A stretch of DNA of 24,000 bases, from contig DATKNP010000003.1 in NCBI GenBank assembly GCA_035541295.1, positions 34,549 to 58,548 on the forward strand, given 5' to 3'. The notes beneath the pieces were generated by a model. The model was not told where the DNA came from. It was given only the letters and a program-made list of their open reading frames with translations, and ran no database searches. How positions within the stretch are numbered: the stretch's first letter is position 1; every line of letters starts with the position of its first letter. Origin of the DNA: Minisyncoccota bacterium. Its GTDB lineage: Bacteria > Patescibacteriota > Minisyncoccia > Phycocordibacterales > UBA2100. Positions 15,562 through 21,966 of the stretch are shown here, piece by piece. Position numbers and translations under genes: made by a program.

Positions 15562-16115
15562 GATGATGCGTTGGATACCGATAAGAACAACACCTGTGCG
15601 GTCATTTGCCATGAGGCAACCGATGATGGACTACCCGAAATAGCAGGGACATGGGTGAATTCAAGTTGTGAAATCGATGAAGGCGCCGGGAGGGATTCGA
15701 GCAATTGCGCCGCTTTCATGACGAGTGCGAAGCTGCCTTGAGTGGCGACTGAGAATGTAAATGACTGTACGCTGGTGTGCGAGTCCACGACAGTGACGCT
15801 CCCCTGTGAGGCGTTCTCGATCGTGATGTTAACTCCCGTTGTGGAAGCAGCGGTCGTTATCATATGCGCAAAGCTTGCGGGGTCGATGACACCGAGCGTA
15901 TCGAGTTGTCCGGTCTCAGATGCCGCGCTCATAAGCATGTCATGCTGGTTTACAACGTGGGCTGATTGTAATGATTGTTGTGCATTGAGTTGCGCTTGTG
16001 ACAGTCGATCATTACCCAGGGTCTGAATAGTAGTAACGAATAAACCAACACCGGACCACGCGAGTATGGCGAGTATGCAGTAGATCCATGAAAGTGTGAC
16101 GAGGTGGCGTTGCAT
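15558..16115 (-). CDS. PilO-like type IV pilus assembly membrane protein (tentative)
   Basis: ORF 15558..16163, trimmed to the ATG at 16115 (MQRHLVTLSWIYCILAILAWSGVGLFV). It has an N-terminal TM segment, then a Gln-rich probable coiled segment, then an alpha/beta-looking domain. The call rests mainly on its position after pilM and pilN. Confidence 0.5.
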   Translation of the reverse strand: MQRHLVTLSWIYCILAILAWSGVGLFVTTIQTLGNDRLSQAQLNAQQSLQSAHVVNQHDMLMSAASETGQLDTLGVIDPASFAHMITTAASTTGVNITIENASQGSVTVVDSHTSVQSFTFSVATQGSFALVMKAAQLLESLPAPSSISQLEFTHVPAISGSPSSVASWQMTAQVLFLSVSNASS

Positions 16116-16122
16116 GAGCGTT

Positions 16123-16653
16123 TCAAAATTTTCCGAAGATCGTGAGACTGAACCGCCCACCATCGGTCCCCACTAAGGCACCGACCGGTACCGAGACGGA
16201 AGTGAAGGTCGGATACGTCGCAAGAAGTGATCGATAGTCACTGATCTCGATATTAGTATCTGCCGAGCCATTTACGATGAGCGATGTGGGATTACCCGCA
16301 GTATAAATAACTTGGTCGACTCGTACTCCCGCGGGACGCATTGCAAGCACGGTAGCTATAACGTCCGCGGGACTCGAACTCGCCGCAAGTGCCGGTCCGA
16401 ACAACTGCAACAACCCATTAACATGCTTCAATTGTGCATTGTCTTGTGCTTGTTGTGCTGCCGAAATCGAAGTGGATGTCGCTACCTGCTGATTTTCTCG
16501 CAGTTGTGTCGCTAAGAGTACGTAGCTGGGGAGAAAAATGCCGAAGGCTATTGCTGCTACTACAATGGCGACCATCGATCCAGCAAACATAAAACGTGCG
16601 CGAGCAGCACGTCGCGTTTCTTGCAATACATCATTCGGGATAACATTGGCCAT
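16123..16653 (-). CDS. pilN: PilN-like type IV pilus assembly protein
   Basis: 176 aa. It has a short basic N-terminus, a TM segment (FAGSMVAIVVAAIAFGIFLPSYVLL), a Gln-rich coil and a C-terminal domain. It lies immediately downstream of pilM, as in pilMNO operons. Confidence 0.55.
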   Translation of the reverse strand: MANVIPNDVLQETRRAARARFMFAGSMVAIVVAAIAFGIFLPSYVLLATQLRENQQVATSTSISAAQQAQDNAQLKHVNGLLQLFGPALAASSSPADVIATVLAMRPAGVRVDQVIYTAGNPTSLIVNGSADTNIEISDYRSLLATYPTFTSVSVPVGALVGTDGGRFSLTIFGKF

Positions 16654-16664
16654 ACGAGTTGATG

Positions 16665-17801
16665 TTAGACTCCGCGCAAGGCAAGCCCTGCGGCGGTCGC
16701 ATACTCAAGTGCCGTGCGGTTATCAATCGGCGGTATGTAATCTTCAAACGAGAACATCCGCTGCCATATATTGCCAAGCGAGACGTTTGCTTGTACGCGG
16801 CCGGCAACATAATCGGCGAGTCCTCGCAGATTTGAGCTTCCACCCACCAGAATAACTTGGCCAACCGGTGTCACCTGATCGCCGTGCTCATTGCGACGTG
16901 TATGCCAATAGTTATAGTGGCGCAGTATCTCATCGGCGAGTGCTGAGGCAGTGCCGATGACCGATTCGATGCCAGTAGCTTTTCCGATGGCTGCTGCCAA
17001 GAGTCCTTGTTCGTTTTTGAAAAGTTCAACATCCGCACCCGAAAGCGAGAGCTCTTTCTCAACCGCATGAGTAATCGCGTCACCACCTATTTCTACTGTG
17101 GAGGTGAATATGGGAATGCCATGCTTTAATACAGCAAAGCCCGTGCGCGCTCTGCCAAAATCAACAATCAAGGTAACGGGCTCATCGGCTGCTCCCGTCG
17201 AGACGGCGCGACCGATGGAGCTTGCTTCAACTTCAAGCGAAGAAAGTATAAAACCAGCTCGGATGAACGCTGCGGTGTATGACTCGGGTAAGTCGTGTGG
17301 GAACACGGTAACTCCGATCTCTTGAGAGCCGTCTTCGCCGCGCGCTCCGATGATATCAAAATCATATACTGCTTCTGATGGTGCGATAGGGACACGCCCC
17401 TCAAATTCAAATTCGATGAGTCGCAGTATTTGCTCTCGCGATGTGTTTGACGGTACGTGCATACTAAAGACGTATGCCGCTTCCTCGGGCAACGCCGCAT
17501 GAATATGCGTGATGCCACCGAGCAGCTTGCGCAGCTCGGTGAGTGCGAGCACGAACGCATCCATGTCGGTAATGGTGCCATGTACCATAATCCCCTCTTG
17601 CAGACGTTGATCTCCATGGGCACGAACCCGACAACCGTTTTTGTCTCGCTCAAGTACGAGCCATTTGATCGACGTATCAGAAATATCTATTCCAGCAGCG
17701 GACGGGACAAGGAACTTCGGCGTCGGGAACATGCGAGCAAGCATGCTCGTCCGTGTATGCCCTTCATCAATCACCTTTGACTGCGGCGTGTTCGTGCGCA
17801 T
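16665..17801 (-). CDS. pilM: Type IV pilus assembly protein PilM (actin-like ATPase fold)
   Basis: 378 aa. It has AAGIDISDTSIKWLVLE (phosphate-1-like), LIVDFGRARTGFAVL, and ILVGGSSNLRGLADYV, typical of PilM/FtsA-like proteins. The true start may be an internal ATG (MFPTPKF, 17732). Confidence 0.85.
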   Translation of the reverse strand: MRTNTPQSKVIDEGHTRTSMLARMFPTPKFLVPSAAGIDISDTSIKWLVLERDKNGCRVRAHGDQRLQEGIMVHGTITDMDAFVLALTELRKLLGGITHIHAALPEEAAYVFSMHVPSNTSREQILRLIEFEFEGRVPIAPSEAVYDFDIIGARGEDGSQEIGVTVFPHDLPESYTAAFIRAGFILSSLEVEASSIGRAVSTGAADEPVTLIVDFGRARTGFAVLKHGIPIFTSTVEIGGDAITHAVEKELSLSGADVELFKNEQGLLAAAIGKATGIESVIGTASALADEILRHYNYWHTRRNEHGDQVTPVGQVILVGGSSNLRGLADYVAGRVQANVSLGNIWQRMFSFEDYIPPIDNRTALEYATAAGLALRGV

Positions 17802-17849
17802 GCATTCATTGTATCACTCGGATGTACATCGAGCGTGGATATCCAGCCG

Positions 17850-18179
17850 TCAGCGAAGCTTCGTGCCCGCCGCTACCATTCGCTCGGGATACATAAGTGC
17901 GATTCCTTCATCATCACTGCCAGCGAGCAGCATCCCTTGGCTTTCGACACCGCGCAGAATTTTTGGTTCAAGATTTACAATGTACGGAAGCTGACGACCA
18001 ATCAAATCTTCAGGCTTTTTCCACTGCGCAATACCCGAGACGATCGTTCGTATGCCGAACTCACCAAAATCAATCGTGCATTTGAGGAGCTTATCGGTTT
18101 CTGGTACCGGCTCAACCGCAATGACCGTCCCGATGCGGATGTCGAGCTTCGCGAAGTCGTCGTACGTAATGAGCGGCAT
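17850..18179 (-). CDS. Stand-alone tRNA-binding domain protein (CsaA/Trbp111/MetRS-C-terminal-like, OB fold)
   Basis: 109 aa. FAKLDIRIGTVIAVEPVPETDKLLKCTIDFGE..RTIVSGIA......DLIGRQLPYIVNLEPKILRGVESQGMLLA is the classic tRNA_bind domain pattern. Confidence 0.85.
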   Translation of the reverse strand: MPLITYDDFAKLDIRIGTVIAVEPVPETDKLLKCTIDFGEFGIRTIVSGIAQWKKPEDLIGRQLPYIVNLEPKILRGVESQGMLLAGSDDEGIALMYPERMVAAGTKLR

Positions 18180-18188
18180 ACAACTACT

Positions 18189-18578
18189 TTACATGCTTTT
18201 CTTCATATCCAAAAAACGCTGCAAGATGAAGGCGGCGGCGGCGGCATCGTCGTGCTCGTGTCCCTTGGGGGCGAAACGCCCTGCCTCCATCGTACTCCAG
18301 AGTTCCCAAGAGCGTTCGACTGGCATACCTGTTTCTCGCGACAACGCTTCGGCAAAGGCATCTGCTGCCCTACTCACCGGATTGCGGACTCCACCATACG
18401 AATGCGTGTCGCCAATGACCAGTGCCTCGATGTGCTCATCAGCCACTAGTGCGGCAATATGCGAAATAAGATGGTCGTTATTAGGGAGTGTTGCCCGAGG
18501 AAATGCTATGGTCCCCACCGCATCAGAAACGGCGATGCCAACCCTTTTGGCACCGTAATCTATGCATAAATATCTCAT
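18189..18578 (-). CDS. ruvX: Putative pre-16S rRNA nuclease / Holliday-junction-resolvase-like YqgF (RuvX)
   Basis: ORF 18189..18671, trimmed to the ATG at 18578 (MRYLCIDYGAKRVGIAVSD), the canonical YqgF N-terminus. ...DDAAAAAFILQRFLD is the typical C-terminal motif. Confidence 0.88.
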   Translation of the reverse strand: MRYLCIDYGAKRVGIAVSDAVGTIAFPRATLPNNDHLISHIAALVADEHIEALVIGDTHSYGGVRNPVSRAADAFAEALSRETGMPVERSWELWSTMEAGRFAPKGHEHDDAAAAAFILQRFLDMKKSM

Positions 18579-18595
18579 TGCTCCAGTATAGCCTA

Positions 18596-18629
18596 AATGA
18601 CAAACCCCGCTCCGGGGTCTGGAGCGGGG
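18596..18629 (-). terminator. Rho-independent terminator after the sigma/membrane-protein pair
   Basis: The stem is 9 G/C-rich bp, CCCCGCTCC (18605-18613) / GGAGCGGGG (18621-18629), with a 7-nt loop. On the minus strand it is followed by TTTGTCATTT and lies ~38 nt after the stop at 18668. Confidence 0.7.
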
Positions 18630-18667
18630 AATGTCATAGCATACTACACCTGAGTCGCCAGAATATT

Positions 18668-19396
18668 TCATTCGTCGTCTTCTTGCACGCCAAAGGCAAC
18701 GACGGTACTACTACTGACCGCATCTCCTAGGATGACAACGTGCGTTCCAAGGCTAAAATCCTGACCATACGGCAGCCGCGTCTTACCCGTGATACGTATC
18801 GTCGTCGTGCCAGAACCATTTTCATCGTCGATAACGAACCCGTCCGGTGTACGAGCAATAATATTCCCCTCATAGACATCAGGGGCCGGGATCCTGAACG
18901 GTATGCCATACACGAACGAGAGCGGCGACGGAAGTTGGTGGTGTTCCGCATACAATTTCATCTGCCGATGGAACGGGGTGCCTGCGATGAGAAGTCCCCC
19001 GCTGGTGATAAGAATGAGGATGCCTGCGATCGAGAGCAGAAGCGGTGAACGGTAGACGAATGCATATCGTCGCACCAACACCTCAAGGAGTCCGATAAAT
19101 ACGATACTGAAAATAATAAGGAGCCACGGCAGCGCATGTAAGAATGAGAACCACCCGCGGCCACCGAAACTTAGTGCAACCCATGCCCCGCTGTCGCGCA
19201 TAAGAAATACAGCAAGGCTTGCTGTATAGATGAGGGTCAAGAGTACGATACAAGCACCCACCGCGGTAAGCGCCGAAAGAAGTATGAAGTGCCAACGTGG
19301 CCGCATCTGTATGCTTTTCTTCTGTATGGCATCCATCACACTTCGCCTGAGGTGTGCCGATGAATCTGCTCCATTCTGTGTGTGTTTATTATTCAT
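18668..19396 (-). CDS. Membrane protein, putative anti-sigma factor partner of the upstream ECF sigma
   Basis: 242 aa with about 4 TM segments followed by a beta-rich C-terminal domain. Its start overlaps the sigma-factor stop by 8 nt (ATGAATAA). The function is inferred only from this coupling; no recognisable ZAS/RskA motif was seen. Confidence 0.4.
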   Translation of the reverse strand: MNNKHTQNGADSSAHLRRSVMDAIQKKSIQMRPRWHFILLSALTAVGACIVLLTLIYTASLAVFLMRDSGAWVALSFGGRGWFSFLHALPWLLIIFSIVFIGLLEVLVRRYAFVYRSPLLLSIAGILILITSGGLLIAGTPFHRQMKLYAEHHQLPSPLSFVYGIPFRIPAPDVYEGNIIARTPDGFVIDDENGSGTTTIRITGKTRLPYGQDFSLGTHVVILGDAVSSSTVVAFGVQEDDE

Positions 19397-19952
19397 AGAG
19401 GGGTTGGGCTGCGGCTATTTTCTGCAAAGCAGCGCGCCCGCGTGCGAGACGTACGCCGACGGTCGAGACCGGGATCTGTAGTATTTCTGATATTTCTTTA
19501 TAGTCCATTCCCTCCAAGTAATACAACACGAGCGGCTCGCGATATTTCGGGCCGACCTGGTCGAGGTACTGGTCGAGAGCGGCGCGGGTATCGCGTTCCA
19601 TGGCCGCGCTGTCTGACGTATCCGGTGCCACCAGATGTGGAAAGAGCGTATCGAAGTCTATGGTGAAGACCGTCCGGCGCGAAATGCGCTTCTTGAGTGC
19701 ATTGACGAATTCATTGTGCGCGATGCGATACACCCACGGAGAGAAGCGACGACTCGCATCGAAGCTTTGTATGTTTTGATAGGACTTGATGAAAATATCC
19801 TGCACGATGTCGGTCGCATCATCGGGGTCGAGAAGAAATTTGCGCGCGTAGCGCATGAGCTTCGCCTGGTAGCGCTCAATGAGTGTACCAAAGGCGTCGC
19901 CGTCCCCTGCTTGGACGCGCAGCGCGATTGCTTCGTCAGTCTCACCATCCAT
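19389..19952 (-). CDS. ECF-type (group 4) sigma-70 family RNA polymerase sigma factor
   Basis: Region 2 is DIVQDIFIKSYQNIQSFD...FSPWVYRIAHNEFVNALKK. Region 4 HTH is YKEISEILQIPVSTVGVRLARGRAALQK. The track ORF begins at a GTG at 19970; the first ATG is at 19952 (MDGETDEA). Confidence 0.9.
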   Translation of the reverse strand: MDGETDEAIALRVQAGDGDAFGTLIERYQAKLMRYARKFLLDPDDATDIVQDIFIKSYQNIQSFDASRRFSPWVYRIAHNEFVNALKKRISRRTVFTIDFDTLFPHLVAPDTSDSAAMERDTRAALDQYLDQVGPKYREPLVLYYLEGMDYKEISEILQIPVSTVGVRLARGRAALQKIAAAQPLYE

Positions 19953-19987
19953 AGAGATGTAAGGATACACGCTCTGCTCTCTAAAAA

Positions 19988-20407
19988 CTACCCCGAGAGT
20001 TTTGAGGTCTTGAAATCCTCCGGATGGAAGGGTTTGAGACGTTCGATGCGTGTCGCCAATCCATGAGCCTTCAGATCAGACTCGAGATGTTCCACGTATT
20101 CGCCAGCCTGATCATATCCGAGTGCGATGATGTCTGGCGCCACCTTCGCGATGTGGCGAATATATCCGCTCATGTCGCCTAAGACCACGGCGTCGACCAG
20201 AGGGTGTACTTCAAGTGCCTCTAACCGTTCGAGTTCTGAATGTCGCGGTGCGCCGCCTTTGATACGGAGCACGCTTTCATCGCGCGCGACCGAGACGACG
20301 AGATAGGATCGCGGTGTAAGTGCTCGTGCTTGACGGAAGAGGTCTTCGTGTCCCGGATGGATCATATCGAACGTGCCGAAGATCATTACCTTGGTGAGTT
20401 TGTGCAT
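19988..20407 (-). CDS. Cytidylyltransferase-like nucleotidyltransferase (HxGH family; FAD-synthase RibL / glycerol-3-P cytidylyltransferase-like)
   Basis: 139 aa. [22 protein letters not shown] is the (T/H)xGH nucleotidyltransferase motif. The size and layout fit single-domain CTP_transf_like proteins; the substrate cannot be told from the sequence. Confidence 0.7.
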   Translation of the reverse strand: MHKLTKVMIFGTFDMIHPGHEDLFRQARALTPRSYLVVSVARDESVLRIKGGAPRHSELERLEALEVHPLVDAVVLGDMSGYIRHIAKVAPDIIALGYDQAGEYVEHLESDLKAHGLATRIERLKPFHPEDFKTSKLSG

Positions 20408-20424
20408 GGTCGCATTCTACTAGC

Positions 20425-20445
20425 CCCTATCGAAGATCGATAGGG
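20425..20445. promoter_or_regulatory. Perfect 9-bp inverted repeat (3-bp spacer) in a divergent promoter region; candidate operator
   Basis: The sequence is CCCTATCGA-aga-TCGATAGGG. It lies 14 bp upstream of a TATAAT hexamer (20459-20464, preceded by TG), which itself ends 10 nt before the PLD-family ATG at 20475. Confidence 0.5.
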
Positions 20446-20474
20446 ATCTATGCTGTTGTATAATTCCTCTCTAT

Positions 20475-21482
20475 ATGACACTGCGTCGTGGGGTCACGCT
20501 CTGTATCGCCGTAGGCGCGCTTCTTGCATACACTGCACTACACCTGCATTCGACGCATGCGACTATTCCTGCCGCTTCTCTAGGAAGCACAATACTTGTG
20601 ACCGAGCCCGATGCCGGTATCCTACCGATAGTCACTATGATCGACGATGCCTCCACTTCAGTCGATCTCGTGATGTACGAACTCGAAGATACGAGTATCG
20701 AGCAGTCGCTTGCAGCGGATGCTGCGCGTGGAGTCGCGGTGCGTGTGATCTTGGACGAGGGGTACTTCGGCAAAAAAGAAAACACTAAGAACGACGAAGC
20801 ATACCACTATCTCACCGGGCACGGCGTATCCGTGCATTGGGCGCCGAGTTATTTTGCGCTGACACATGAAAAATCACTCGTCATCGATGGCAAGACAGCG
20901 GTCATCATGACGATGAATTTCACACCGCAGTACTACGCGAGCAGCCGCGAGTTTGCCATTATCGATACTGACTCGAATGATGTCGCGGCGATGGAGTCGA
21001 CATTCGACGATGATTGGAATGGTAACAATGCAACCGCCGCCAACGGCGATGACCTCATCTGGAGCCCCGAGTCGGAGCGTGCATTGATCGCATTCATCAA
21101 TAGTGCACATACGTCACTCGATATGTACAACGAAGAAATGGCCGATGCGAATATCACGAGTGCACTTGAGGCAGCGGCTGTGCGCGGAGTCGTCGTACGT
21201 ATCGACATGACGTACTCGAGCGAATGGAAGTCGGCCTTCACATCGCTCACGCAAGCAGGTGCACAGGTCCGTACCTATTCACCCAAAGCACCGCTGTACA
21301 TCCATGCGAAGATGATCCTCGCCGACCATTCGCGCGCCTTCGTCGGCAGCGAAAATTTCTCCAGCAATTCACTCAACAAAAATCGCGAACTTGGCATACT
21401 TGTCACTGACTCTGCGGTGATCACCTCGCTTGAGAATACGTTTGAAAAAGATTGGGCGAGTGCGACTGCTTTTACTCCGTAA
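20475..21482 (+). CDS. Secreted/membrane-anchored phospholipase D-family protein with two HKD motifs
   Basis: 335 aa with an N-terminal signal/anchor (VTLCIAVGALLAYTALHL). HKD 1 is THEKSLVIDGKTAVIMTMNF. HKD 2 is IHAKMILADHSRAFVGSENFSSNSL. Confidence 0.85.
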   Translation: MTLRRGVTLCIAVGALLAYTALHLHSTHATIPAASLGSTILVTEPDAGILPIVTMIDDASTSVDLVMYELEDTSIEQSLAADAARGVAVRVILDEGYFGKKENTKNDEAYHYLTGHGVSVHWAPSYFALTHEKSLVIDGKTAVIMTMNFTPQYYASSREFAIIDTDSNDVAAMESTFDDDWNGNNATAANGDDLIWSPESERALIAFINSAHTSLDMYNEEMADANITSALEAAAVRGVVVRIDMTYSSEWKSAFTSLTQAGAQVRTYSPKAPLYIHAKMILADHSRAFVGSENFSSNSLNKNRELGILVTDSAVITSLENTFEKDWASATAFTP

Positions 21483-21512
21483 CCCGAGCCAATTTCCTTC
21501 ACAATTTTAACG

Positions 21513-21565
21513 GACTGCGTCCGCCAAAGATCGCTTCGGCCACCGAAGGCGGGCACCCCGCAGTT
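21513..21565. other. GC-rich imperfect long hairpin 31 nt after the PLD-family stop
   Basis: ACTGCG (21514-19) pairs with CGCAGT (21559-64). CCGCC (21521-25) pairs with GGCGG (21548-52). The apical pairing is TTCGG/CCGAA (21535-39 / 21543-47). A T6 run follows only ~30 nt later (21595-21600), so it is not a canonical terminator. Confidence 0.5.
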
Positions 21566-21641
21566 AGTACCCAGGGTTCCAAGCACCATAAGGGTTTTTT
21601 GGCGACTTTTCCAGTGGCGTATCGATGGGTCAACAGCAAGA

Positions 21642-21699
21642 GGCATTTTTTATAAATGAGACAAATGAGACACTAAAACGGGTGTCTCATTTGGATGCC
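21642..21699. repeat. Nested inverted repeat built from three copies of the 9-mer AAATGAGAC
   Basis: Tandem direct copies are at 21654-21662 and 21663-21671, and an inverted copy (GTCTCATTT) is at 21684-21692. The inner stem is a perfect 11 bp, 21663-21673 / 21682-21692, with an 8-nt loop. The outer pair is GGCAT (21642-46) / ATGCC (21695-99). Confidence 0.85.
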
Positions 21700-21826
21700 C
21701 CCTAGCCGATCACTTGGTGAGGTATATAATTATGCGTAGGTAACACTCTTAAATTTCGCGGGAGGCCAGCCGCGCGACAAGTCGGCCATAGAGTGCTACG
21801 CACATACAATTCAGGGCATGGTGAAG

Positions 21827-21895
21827 ATCCCACCGCCCGAGCTCCCTTAAACAAGGAGAAGGATCGTCCATCACTGGCGGTATCCCACCGCCCGA
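21827..21895 (+). repeat. Two perfect 14-bp direct repeats ATCCCACCGCCCGA, 55 bp apart
   Basis: The copies are at 21827-21840 and 21882-21895, and the flanks are also similar (CAtGGtG.. versus CActGGcGG..). They lie 70-140 bp upstream of the ParB-methyltransferase ATG. Confidence 0.85.
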
Positions 21896-21919
21896 CAAAT
21901 GGGAGATGGAAGGCCAACC

Positions 21920-21947
21920 ACACAGAAGGTTCTGTGTTTGTTGTAAT
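21920..21947 (+). terminator. Terminator-like hairpin plus T-rich tract 20 nt upstream of the ParB-methyltransferase start
   Basis: ACACAGA-AGGT-TCTGTGT (7-bp stem, within 21920-21937) is followed by TTGTTGTAATT. It could be the 3' end of an upstream sRNA or leader, or an attenuator. Confidence 0.45.
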
Positions 21948-21966
21948 TAGCCTCTAACCATCTCCT

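Noticed and set aside
21899-21946. A 15-codon mini-ORF (MGDGRPTTQKVLCLL) overlapping the terminator-like hairpin, as a possible leader peptide
   Set aside because: It has no ribosome-binding context and no run of regulatory codons, and ORFs this short arise readily by chance. It is noted only as a possibility under the attenuator idea.
21483-21966. A tRNA, tmRNA, RNase P RNA, SRP RNA or 5S rRNA in the long non-coding region
   Set aside because: I looked on both strands for a GGTTCGAnTCC-type T-loop with an acceptor stem, for a tmRNA 3' tRNA-like end, for GGAAAGTCC (the RNase P motif), for GGAAGCAGCC-type SRP helix-8 motifs and for the 5S loop-E region, and found none. GGCCATAGAG at 21784 only superficially resembles 5S.
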